Positions 29,379 through 37,573 of a stretch of 54,288 nt of DNA are shown here, one piece after another. Origin of the DNA: Minisyncoccota bacterium (GTDB taxonomy: Bacteria; Patescibacteriota; Minisyncoccia; Phycocordibacterales; Zambryskibacteraceae). How positions within the stretch are numbered: position 1 is the first letter of the stretch; each line of letters starts with the position of its first letter. The stretch spans positions 1 to 54,288 of the forward strand of contig JANWHY010000008.1 of assembly GCA_025450175.1 (NCBI GenBank), written 5' to 3'. Position numbers and translations under genes: made by a program. The notes under the pieces are model-generated. The model had not been told where the DNA came from. It searched no databases and worked only from the letters and a program-made list of their open reading frames with translations.

Positions 29379-29394
29379 CGCCGGCTTGTTTTTT
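29362..29394 (+). terminator. Rho-independent terminator of thyA-folA
   Basis: The 10-bp stem agccggcgtc/gacgccggct has a 5-nt loop and is followed by tgtttttt. The folA TGA lies inside the stem. Confidence 0.85.
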
Positions 29395-29426
29395 ACCTAG
29401 AAATACGCAAGAATTACCCATCAAGT

Positions 29427-29903
29427 ATGGCGAAATCTCATGTAAAACATGATAATGCTCGTTATAAGAAGCAAGTTGAGCGAATGCAACTTCTAGAGAA
29501 AAAGGTTGGCTGCTTTTTTTGCAAAAAAAATTACTTAAAAGTTGGGGCCTCAGAACTAATATATGAAAATAAAGATTGGTATATTAAGAAAAATGACTTC
29601 CCATACCAAGGCACCGTTTACCACTATCTTATTGCTCCCAAGAAACATATTACCCAAGCTATAGAAATATCTAATTCTGCATGGATTAATTTTTCAAAAA
29701 GTATTGCTTGGCTAGATCGTCAACTTAAAGTGTCGGGATATTCTCTTTTAGTGAGGAGTGGAGACATGAGATACACAGGGGCCACACTAGATCATTTGCA
29801 TTTCCATGTCGTTTCAGGTGGACCCAAAAAAAGGGGTGGGAAACTAAAAGATAATGTGCGATTTACCCTTGCACACAAATCAACTCAACGCCCGCGTTCT
29901 TGA
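29427..29903 (+). CDS. HIT-family (histidine triad) nucleotide hydrolase/transferase
   Basis: CFFCKK near the N-terminus and the triad LDHLHFHVVSG. The 3' end overlaps the convergent deaminase gene by 41 nt. Confidence 0.8.
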   Translation: MAKSHVKHDNARYKKQVERMQLLEKKVGCFFCKKNYLKVGASELIYENKDWYIKKNDFPYQGTVYHYLIAPKKHITQAIEISNSAWINFSKSIAWLDRQLKVSGYSLLVRSGDMRYTGATLDHLHFHVVSGGPKKRGGKLKDNVRFTLAHKSTQRPRS

Positions 29904-30696
29904 GAATTCTTTCAGCATCAAGCAAAGAGTAGCCTTCTCTGTAATAGACTTTACTTATTCCGGCATTAGCTATTAACATCGCACAAGATGGACAAGGAAA
30001 AACATTTACATAAAGTTCGGCCCCCTTTATAGAAACACCGTCGCGAGCGGCATTAGCAATTATGGTAGCTTCTCCGTGAGAAAAAATTACAAGGTCTGCA
30101 ATATCTTTCCCAGCGCGAAAGTTTGATCTGGGCTCACCTTCTATATAATGGGTATTTTCTGTGATGCCGTGTGAATTATATGCTGTTGATATAATTTCTC
30201 CATCTTTAACTAATACGGAACCTACATGCCTCCACCAATCAGAACTTTTATCAGCTTCCTTTTGAGCCAGATTTATCATTTTTTTATCAAATTCTTTCGT
30301 AGAAATAGACCCATCATTGTGTACCGGCATTTGAGTAACGGAATTCATACTATGCCAACGCAAGAAAGCTGTATCTTTAGTAACATTTTGACTAGTAAGA
30401 TATTCTTCTATAAGCATATTTCCCACATCATCAGCAGCAACCACAATCTTATCCTCATTCGAAATCACTTTTGATATATCAGATTCTTCTAATATGGAAA
30501 TTTCTGTAGCTAGAGATAAGGCCCTGGCTTCTTTAATCACTAATTCTGGATCAAGACGTCTAGTGTCTCTCTCTAAAGAAGGCAATTTTTTAATAAGACT
30601 ATTCCCTAATATATAGAGCTTATTTGGCTTTTGCCTTTGGCAAAACTCTATGTGGCCTTGATGTATTACCGGTAGATACAGAATGGCTACTTTCAT
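29863..30696 (-). CDS. dCMP/cytidine deaminase domain protein with an extra N-terminal HxGH-containing domain
   Basis: The C-terminal half carries HGEATIIANAARDG and the zinc site VFPCPSCAMLIANAGI. The N-terminal ~130 aa carries LYLPVIHQGHIEF. The start is M5 of the track ORF. Confidence 0.8.
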   Translation of the reverse strand: MKVAILYLPVIHQGHIEFCQRQKPNKLYILGNSLIKKLPSLERDTRRLDPELVIKEARALSLATEISILEESDISKVISNEDKIVVAADDVGNMLIEEYLTSQNVTKDTAFLRWHSMNSVTQMPVHNDGSISTKEFDKKMINLAQKEADKSSDWWRHVGSVLVKDGEIISTAYNSHGITENTHYIEGEPRSNFRAGKDIADLVIFSHGEATIIANAARDGVSIKGAELYVNVFPCPSCAMLIANAGISKVYYREGYSLLDAERILKNAGVELICVQG

Positions 30697-31294
30697 TATT
30701 TTTCCCATTTAAGAAACTACTAATAAGATCAGTTATTTTGACAGCAAGTTGCTCTGCCCCATCAGCCATCATTCGTCGCAACTTGGCGCTAGTACTGGTA
30801 GATGCTTGCGCGGGAAGAACTTTTATCTCCTTACAATACAACAGAATATTTCTTTTATCTTTTGGCGTAAAATCTTCGGTCGTGTCTGACATAATAAGGA
30901 CATCGGGTTTGAGATCTTTAACAAAATCTTTAATATCTTCCCCAACCTCTCGTAACATAACAATATCAACCGCTCTAAGAGCTGTAAGAATTTCGAGTCT
31001 ATCTGCTAACTTATCGAAGGGTCGATTAGGCCCTTTCCTTTCACGTGCTCGCTCATCAGTGTCTACAGCAACAATTAAGATATCCCCCTGCTTCTTTGCT
31101 TCTTCTAGATACCTCTTATGTCCTACATGGAAAAGATCGTACACTCCCATAGAAAAAACAACCTTGTACCCAGAATCCTTCAGAGTTTTAACTACCGATG
31201 AAATAGTCTTGCGATTAGGTATGTAGCGATCCTCAAACCGCAAACTACCGTTCAAGATGTTCTTGACCAGCTGTGAGTTTCCTCCGGATTTCAT
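30620..31294 (-). CDS. Cytidylyltransferase-fold nucleotidyltransferase (TagD/RfaE domain II-like)
   Basis: VVFSMGVYDLFHVGHKRYLEEAKKQGDILIVAVDTDE contains the HxGH motif. The 3' tail overlaps the next gene by ~77 nt. Confidence 0.75.
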   Translation of the reverse strand: MKSGGNSQLVKNILNGSLRFEDRYIPNRKTISSVVKTLKDSGYKVVFSMGVYDLFHVGHKRYLEEAKKQGDILIVAVDTDERARERKGPNRPFDKLADRLEILTALRAVDIVMLREVGEDIKDFVKDLKPDVLIMSDTTEDFTPKDKRNILLYCKEIKVLPAQASTSTSAKLRRMMADGAEQLAVKITDLISSFLNGKNNESSHSVSTGNTSRPHRVLPKAKAK

Positions 31295-31299
31295 AGCCC

Positions 31300-31725
31300 T
31301 TATTTTACCTCAACTCCCATCGAACGCGCAGTACCGGCGATGATCTTCGAGGCGGCGTCTACGTCGTTGGCATTGAGGTCAGACATCTTCTTCTCGGCGA
31401 TTTCCTTGAGTTTAGCCTGAGTAAGGGTGCCAATTTTAGAAGTATTAGGAGTCCCCGAACCCTTCTCCTTACCGAGCGCTTTCAGTATGAGAGCGGAGGC
31501 AGGCTCAGTCTTATAGGTAAGTCTGTACGTGCGATCATCGAAAATCTCTACCACAGTAGGGACAGTCTCTCCAATACGCCCCTTAGTCTCGTCATTAAAA
31601 CGCTTCACAAACTCACCAATAGGAATACCTGCTGAACCAAGTACAGGCCCGAGCTGTTGCCCCGGCACCGCTTGCCCACCTGGGATCTGGAGTTTGAGTA
31701 TTTTAGTTACTTTTTTTGCTGCCAT
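31300..31725 (-). CDS. rplK: 50S ribosomal protein L11
   Basis: KLQIPGGQAVPGQQLGPVLGSAGIPIGEFVKRFND. Confidence 0.95.
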   Translation of the reverse strand: MAAKKVTKILKLQIPGGQAVPGQQLGPVLGSAGIPIGEFVKRFNDETKGRIGETVPTVVEIFDDRTYRLTYKTEPASALILKALGKEKGSGTPNTSKIGTLTQAKLKEIAEKKMSDLNANDVDAASKIIAGTARSMGVEVK

Positions 31726-31745
31726 TTTGGTTCGTATAAACTACC

Positions 31746-32291
31746 TTAAATCTTCTTTAACTGCAAAGGATCTAGCTCGACAGGAGTCTCACGGCCGAAC
31801 ATATTGACCAAGACCTTGACCTTCCCTCTTTCCTCATCAATATTTGAGACCTTGCCCTCTAAGTCCTTGAAGGGCCCATCTACAATAAGCACCGCATCAT
31901 TCTCTTGGAGGTTGATAGCGTGAGTGACCTTATCACCTTGCATCCGCGCAAAGAGATTCTCCACCTCTTTAGGATCAATAGGTACCGGATAGACTCCAGA
32001 GCCCACAAAGCCGGTTACTCTTGGGGTATTCCTTACCACATACCAGGAGTCGTCGGTCACGATCATATCTACCATAATGTAGCCAGGGTAAATCTTCTCC
32101 TCCTCTTCCACGCGCTTGCCAGCTTTAATCTTGATCTTCTTCTCTGTAGGCACGATGACGTTGAAGATCTTATCTTCCATTCCCAGAGACTCGATACGCT
32201 GTTTCAAGTTCCTCATCACCGCATTCTCATAGCCAGCGTAGGTGTGAACCACGTACCAATTCCGACCCTCACTAATTTTCTGTTTTGTCAT
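31746..32291 (-). CDS. nusG: Transcription termination/antitermination factor NusG
   Basis: WYVVHTYAGYENAV (NGN domain) and a C-terminal KOW domain (DGPFKDLEGKVSNID). Confidence 0.95.
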   Translation of the reverse strand: MTKQKISEGRNWYVVHTYAGYENAVMRNLKQRIESLGMEDKIFNVIVPTEKKIKIKAGKRVEEEEKIYPGYIMVDMIVTDDSWYVVRNTPRVTGFVGSGVYPVPIDPKEVENLFARMQGDKVTHAINLQENDAVLIVDGPFKDLEGKVSNIDEERGKVKVLVNMFGRETPVELDPLQLKKI

Positions 32292-32294
32292 AGG

Positions 32295-32498
32295 TTATAG
32301 AATAATTTTCTGGAGAACGAGAGAGAAGAGGTAGTCGAAGAAACCAAGGAAAATAGCCGAGGCAATAGAAATAGCGATAACCACCGCGGTAAAGACCGCC
32401 GCCTGGCGCCTACTTGGCCAAGAGACGTGTTGCATCTCTGCTCTTGTATCCTTGAGATAAGTTATGAATCTACCCATTTTTTCTTTATCAAAAAACAC
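32295..32498 (-). CDS. secE: Preprotein translocase subunit SecE
   Basis: 67 aa with the EMQHVSWPSRRQ motif followed by a single TM, upstream of nusG as in the canonical operon. Confidence 0.9.
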   Translation of the reverse strand: MFFDKEKMGRFITYLKDTRAEMQHVSWPSRRQAAVFTAVVIAISIASAIFLGFFDYLFSLVLQKIIL

Positions 32499-32547
32499 CC
32501 CGGGGGTGCTCTTTGATACTACTACACTTCACTGATTCTGGCAATAT

Positions 32548-33330
32548 TTAGCGGATTTCGTAGATAATTGTCACATTGGCTGTGTACTTGTTCTCACCTG
32601 CAGGAAGAGTAGGTGCCACAGCACTCATAGTCTTGACCATATCTCCACCCATCCCTTCAGCATAGTAAGGCATAGGGCCGCCATTGTTATCGTAGTAGCT
32701 TACTATCCGCACCAGACGAACCCCAAGTTCTTTGGCCAAGGTCTTAGCTTTACTCTTAGCATCTTCGATAGCCAGAGTTCGAGCTTCTTCAAATAGCTTA
32801 TCTGGATCATCTACTGCAAAGGAAATACTCGAGATATTAGTAGCACCACTCTCTCCGACTAGAGACAAGGCCTTGCCTGCATCTTCAGCCTTTCTTACCT
32901 TGACCGTCACGTCGTGAGATACCGTGTAGCCATCTTGCACCTGCCTGCCAGATGATGGGCAGTAGGTAGACATACAGACAATCTCTGGATAACTGTACTT
33001 GGGATATACAGAGTAGTTGGTAGTCTTGATATCCTTCTCTTCAATACCCATACCCTTGAGACCGGCAAGAATCTTATCCATCTTATCTGTGACGCTAGAC
33101 TGTGCCGTGCTTACTACTTTGCTATCAGCTGAAACAGAGAAGGAGAAGGTCGCAACATCTGGAACTGCCGTCATATCCGCTTCTCCTGTGACAGAAATAG
33201 AGTTGTAGGGAGCGTCAATATTTTTCAAACTCTTGAGTGCACCTATGGTCTCGACAGCAAGGAAGATGGCCAACACTATGAGTACAATCTTAGCCCATTT
33301 AAAAACATTTTTATTTTCTTCTGTATTCAT
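32548..33330 (-). CDS. SIMPL/DUF541-family secreted protein
   Basis: An N-terminal TM/signal is followed by SISVTGEADMTAVPDVATFSFSV and a C-terminal GENKYTANVTIIYEI, typical of SIMPL proteins. Confidence 0.75.
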   Translation of the reverse strand: MNTEENKNVFKWAKIVLIVLAIFLAVETIGALKSLKNIDAPYNSISVTGEADMTAVPDVATFSFSVSADSKVVSTAQSSVTDKMDKILAGLKGMGIEEKDIKTTNYSVYPKYSYPEIVCMSTYCPSSGRQVQDGYTVSHDVTVKVRKAEDAGKALSLVGESGATNISSISFAVDDPDKLFEEARTLAIEDAKSKAKTLAKELGVRLVRIVSYYDNNGGPMPYYAEGMGGDMVKTMSAVAPTLPAGENKYTANVTIIYEIR

Positions 33331-33331
33331 T

Positions 33332-33994
33332 TTATGAATTAATTCTTTCTATTAATGATCGCCTCCTCTCAACAAAGATATTGAATATGAGAATGGTGAA
33401 GCTTACAGCCAAGAGTCCAAGAGCCACTCCCGCTAGGACATCGAGTGTCCAGTGGGCCCCGAGATAGAGCCGGGAGAAACACACGAGGATTGTGGCTCCG
33501 ATTGAAGCTAGGACTAAGCCAATCTTTCTCGCGAGAGTCCTCATTTTAGCAAAAAAAGTGTAAGACAGCATAAAGAAGAAAGCGGTAGCGATAGTGGTAT
33601 GTCCCGAGGGGAAGCTCCAGCCACTGGCCGTATAAATATCAGAAATTGGCCGAGTAATCTGAAAAGTGTTTTTAAAGACTACGAGTGAGGTGGTGGCCAC
33701 CATCATCGCCACCACAAAGAGTATAGCCTCGTACGCTCTACGCTTGACGAGGAGGATAGTCGCAGCAAAGAGGGTCGCTGAAGAGAGAACAAAGGGATTC
33801 CCAAGTTGAGTCACCTTCACCAAGAGAGTGGTGAGTATGGGTGTACGCATACCTACGATCACCTTCTCTACAGCAGTATTGAGAGGGATGAGATCAGTGC
33901 CACTGACCAGTCCTTCGATAATCACCACCAAGACCAATCCAGAGATCATGTAAACGAGGAGGAAAAGAATATTTTTTGCCCAGAGCGGTAACAT
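33332..33994 (-). CDS. PAP2-family membrane phosphatase
   Basis: Acid-phosphatase motifs SFPSGHT and SRLYLGAHWTLDV in a polytopic membrane protein. Confidence 0.85.
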   Translation of the reverse strand: MLPLWAKNILFLLVYMISGLVLVVIIEGLVSGTDLIPLNTAVEKVIVGMRTPILTTLLVKVTQLGNPFVLSSATLFAATILLVKRRAYEAILFVVAMMVATTSLVVFKNTFQITRPISDIYTASGWSFPSGHTTIATAFFFMLSYTFFAKMRTLARKIGLVLASIGATILVCFSRLYLGAHWTLDVLAGVALGLLAVSFTILIFNIFVERRRSLIERINS

Positions 33995-34023
33995 ATAGCA
34001 ATAAGCCTACCACAAAAAGTTTT

Positions 34024-35955
34024 CTAGTGGTTGAGCTCTTTCAACAGAGCATCTTCTATAATCTTTTGCTCCATAGTGGCTACTCCCACCACCTTGTCTG
34101 CTCCACCATAATAGATATAGATAAGCCCATCGCGGAGCACCATCCCACATGGGAAGACCACATTGTTTACAATCCCCTCTCGTTCCCAGACTTCTTCGGG
34201 ACTAAAGATTGGATCAGCAGAGCGCGAGAGGACAATAGTGGGATCGTTCTTATCTAGAAGTACTGCTCCAATCCGGTAAGTGTGATGCCGCTCCGAGACA
34301 GCATGGTATAGAAGGAGCCAGCCGTGCTTGGTCTTCACAGGTGGAGCAGTGATACCCACCTTAGCACTGTCCCACATGCCAGAGCGCGGACCGAAGATCT
34401 TGATACACTTGTTCACCGCCTCCTTCTTGAAGTCGAGAGTCTTCACATAATCGGCACAAATGTCAGTACCAATCCTGTGAAGAATCATGTATTTGCCATC
34501 CACCTTCTCGGAGAGAATACACGTGTCCTTGTCGTCAACGCCGGGAGGAGTGATGAGTACAGGCTTACTCCACTTCCAACGCCTGACTAAGAAGTCTTTC
34601 TCCGCGATAGATGTAGCAGCCACTCGTGGCGGACCAATCCCATCGAAAGCGGTGTAACACATGTATAAGTGTGTACCGATTTTCGTAATACGAGGGTCTT
34701 CGCAACCAGAATTGCCATTCTCAATCTTCTTCGTCTCGAAGTCTTCACGAGGAGTGTAGATGGGCTCGGGCAGGCGTTCGGCAATAGTCACACCATCACG
34801 ACTCGTCGCATAACCAATAGTAGAAGTATTATCCTCAGAAAGAGCTCGATACAAGATGTGGATCGTGCCATCAAGCTCAAGCGAAGCAGGGTTGAAGACG
34901 GCCTTAGACTCCCAGGCATGCAGAGGGAGAGGTAGGAGTACCGGATTATGCTCCACTCTCTTGAAGTGCCATCGACTACTTGTGTCTGGATGGATAGTTG
35001 AGATGAGATCACTTAGGCTCACATGCGCAAGGCAAGTAGTGGTATCGGCCGCTCCATAATAAATATTCAAAATATCGTCTTTTAGAATAGCCCCCGATGG
35101 GAAGACGATGTGGGAGACAAACCCTGATACCTCATAAGGCTCCTCTGGCACCATCATAGGACCAGTGGTGCGACCAATAATCTTCTTGGGGTCCTCGAGA
35201 TCAAGAATCAAGGCTTCTATACCAAACTTCGGCGACTCGCCATCTGGTGCCGGAAAAAACTTTTCTATATGAGAGTAGATGAGGAGCCAGCCGTGCTTGG
35301 TCTTCACAGGCGTGGCACCAATCTCAACATGGTCGAAGTCGTTACGACGCAGTTGTATGACGTGATCATCTATGTGCTCGTGCCACTTCTCCCAAAATTT
35401 AGGCGACCAGAGATCCGAGACCTCATCTACTTGCACGATACAAGTCTTAGCTGGGGAACCATCGGTATGTGCACTGAAGAGCGCAGTCACCTTGCCCCCA
35501 ATACGCTCGGGGAAGAGCGTCATGGCCTTGGCATTGAAGGGTGTGACCAAGTGCCTCTCGGAGACAGTCTCGAGATCGTCACTGACTGCCACTGCTACTC
35601 TGATCCCCTCTGCGCGGAATGGGAAATACTGGAGCGCCGTGTAGAAAATATAATACTTACCTTCGAAGAAAGTTATGCGAGGATCCTCACAACCATACTC
35701 CTCCCAATCTGCTTCCGGGACTATGAACTGTCTACGGTTCTCGAAGTGTGCCCCATCACTACTCTTAGCAATACTTATAGTAGAGACTCTATCGGGGGTG
35801 CGGAGTTTATCTGGAGAAGAGATCGCGCGGTAGACTCCATAGATATAACGCCCGCGCTTGACCGGAGAGAGGTTGAAGGTGGCCGAAGCCTCCCAGTGGT
35901 GATCTCGGAGAGGTGCGAGGATCGGATTATCTTGTGAGCGCTTGACGACAAACAT
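34024..35955 (-). CDS. Tandem double GH130-like (DUF377, beta-mannoside phosphorylase family) protein
   Basis: Two ~310-aa modules each contain GCEDPRIT, PVKTKHGWLL(I/L)Y and YYG(A/G)AD. Confidence 0.82.
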   Translation of the reverse strand: MFVVKRSQDNPILAPLRDHHWEASATFNLSPVKRGRYIYGVYRAISSPDKLRTPDRVSTISIAKSSDGAHFENRRQFIVPEADWEEYGCEDPRITFFEGKYYIFYTALQYFPFRAEGIRVAVAVSDDLETVSERHLVTPFNAKAMTLFPERIGGKVTALFSAHTDGSPAKTCIVQVDEVSDLWSPKFWEKWHEHIDDHVIQLRRNDFDHVEIGATPVKTKHGWLLIYSHIEKFFPAPDGESPKFGIEALILDLEDPKKIIGRTTGPMMVPEEPYEVSGFVSHIVFPSGAILKDDILNIYYGAADTTTCLAHVSLSDLISTIHPDTSSRWHFKRVEHNPVLLPLPLHAWESKAVFNPASLELDGTIHILYRALSEDNTSTIGYATSRDGVTIAERLPEPIYTPREDFETKKIENGNSGCEDPRITKIGTHLYMCYTAFDGIGPPRVAATSIAEKDFLVRRWKWSKPVLITPPGVDDKDTCILSEKVDGKYMILHRIGTDICADYVKTLDFKKEAVNKCIKIFGPRSGMWDSAKVGITAPPVKTKHGWLLLYHAVSERHHTYRIGAVLLDKNDPTIVLSRSADPIFSPEEVWEREGIVNNVVFPCGMVLRDGLIYIYYGGADKVVGVATMEQKIIEDALLKELNH

Positions 35956-35957
35956 AA

Positions 35958-37232
35958 TTATCCGACTTTAAAAACTTTTTTAGAGAAGGTTGTGTGCTCG
36001 CTCTTCCTCAACTCCTCAACAAACTTAGCGAGAGAAGTGTAGGCCACTCCTACGTACTTATCTCCCCCACCATAGTAAATGAAGAGTGTGTCTCCCTTCA
36101 CTACAGCACCGGAGGCATAGATGATGCCAGGCTTCCAGTCATTCTCGTACCACTCATCTGGTTCGAGTATTGGATAACGCGAACGGTAGAGGATCTTGGT
36201 CGGGTCTTTGGAGTCGAGGAGTAGCACGCCGAGCTTATAGCGGTTGGGATCCTCAGGATCCATAGCGTGGTAGAAGAGGAGCCAGCCATACTTTGTCTTA
36301 ACAGGCGGAGGGCCAACACTACGGGTCCTATGGTGCCAAGCCATATGGCGGTCAGGAAGATAGTGTGGATCCGGACTCTCAAACGGTTCTGGCGTCTCCT
36401 CAAGGTTATCTAGATATTGGATGCGCACACGCTTAGCATCTGAGTGGTGGAGGTTGTGGAAGAGGGCATACTTACCCCCAACCTTGCCTGGGAAGAGGAC
36501 CCAGTTCTTGTGGCGCTGGTTCTCTGGTGAGAGGAAGACGAGTCGGCGCCAATTCCAATTCTCTCTATCAAGATCTTCTTCGCTTATAGATGTTACGCCC
36601 ACACGGATGGAGTGCCAACCGTTAAAGATATTAATAGTCATGTATATGCGGTCATCAATCTTGACCACGCGCGGATCCTCCGATCCTCCCCATCCCCCAC
36701 CGGATTGATAGAGTACTCTGTCATAAGAAAGTCGCGCGGGGGAGGTATGCAAATGATGTTTGGCTTGTTTGGCAAGAGCCGCCATCTCGGGAACAAAGAC
36801 TGGATGTGGAGCGCGATGGTCGAAGTGGACTCCATCAGAGCTCTTGGCATAACCAATGCGCGAGACACCGTCAGGACCGAGCGCGCGATAGAAGAGATGG
36901 ACCTTGTCGCCGTGAACGACTGCTCCAGGATTAAACACTGCCTCCGACTCCCAATAAGAATTGGGGGTGGGCCCGATAATAGGATTCTTCATCGCGCGGC
37001 GGAGATCTAGAGGTCGCGACTTCTTGATACGAGACTTAATCCTACTTCTAACTACTTTTCTTTTTGAAGTCTTACGTACTTTTCGAACTACCTTTTTCTT
37101 CTTAACAACTTTCCTTTTAACTAGACGTTTTTTGACCGGAGCTTTTTTAGCTTTTCTCTTCACTCTTTTTGCCTTCACGCGAGTTCGCGACTTTTGTACT
37201 TTTCTTTTTTTATTTTTCTTAGACGCGACCAT
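35958..37232 (-). CDS. GH130-like protein with a 70-aa polybasic N-terminal tail
   Basis: The core carries SEDPRVVKI, PPVKTKYGWLLFYHA and IYYGGGDKYVGVA. In aa 5-73, 41 of 69 residues are K/R and none are D/E. Confidence 0.82.
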   Translation of the reverse strand: MVASKKNKKRKVQKSRTRVKAKRVKRKAKKAPVKKRLVKRKVVKKKKVVRKVRKTSKRKVVRSRIKSRIKKSRPLDLRRAMKNPIIGPTPNSYWESEAVFNPGAVVHGDKVHLFYRALGPDGVSRIGYAKSSDGVHFDHRAPHPVFVPEMAALAKQAKHHLHTSPARLSYDRVLYQSGGGWGGSEDPRVVKIDDRIYMTINIFNGWHSIRVGVTSISEEDLDRENWNWRRLVFLSPENQRHKNWVLFPGKVGGKYALFHNLHHSDAKRVRIQYLDNLEETPEPFESPDPHYLPDRHMAWHHRTRSVGPPPVKTKYGWLLFYHAMDPEDPNRYKLGVLLLDSKDPTKILYRSRYPILEPDEWYENDWKPGIIYASGAVVKGDTLFIYYGGGDKYVGVAYTSLAKFVEELRKSEHTTFSKKVFKVG

Positions 37233-37566
37233 ATTTATCTTCTATTCTTACGATATCTTGTTCATCAAATTCTCCCAAAGAAATTTCTAAAACCTCCGTG
37301 TCTCCATTCGTAGCAGTAATACGATGATTTGTTTCTAGAGGAATATGAAACTCATCACCAGGTTTGGCATTAATAATTTTATCACCAATTGTAATTTCTG
37401 GATTCCCCAACAATACTCGCCAGAACTCGGTTCTGTGATTATGTTTCTGGAGGCTGAAAGCTTCTCCATGCTTAACAAAAAGGGTTTTAACGGTGCTCGG
37501 CAAGTTTTTAGTAAACGTGCGGAAGCTTCCCCAAGGACGTTCTTCTGAAAACGGCTCTATACTCAT
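37219..37566 (-). CDS. Cupin-type mannose-6-phosphate isomerase (type II PMI / ManC C-terminal domain-like)
   Basis: EERPWGSFRTF..VKTLFVKHGEAFSLQKHNHRTEFWRVLLG...HRITA..LEISLGEFDEQDIVRIEDKYGR. The start is the ATG at 37566 (M42 of the track ORF). Confidence 0.85.
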   Translation of the reverse strand: MSIEPFSEERPWGSFRTFTKNLPSTVKTLFVKHGEAFSLQKHNHRTEFWRVLLGNPEITIGDKIINAKPGDEFHIPLETNHRITATNGDTEVLEISLGEFDEQDIVRIEDKYGRV

Positions 37567-37573
37567 GCATAAA

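Noticed and set aside
30624-31226. 200-aa plus-strand ORF.
   Set aside because: It is antisense to the cytidylyltransferase gene, which has a clear HxGH motif. The antisense product is Ser/Leu/Arg-rich with no motif.
35269-35937. 222-aa plus-strand ORF. The same reasoning applies to the ORFs at 34324-35059, 35372-35644 and 35994-37290.
   Set aside because: All are antisense to the GH130 genes, whose repeated conserved motifs establish the minus strand as coding.
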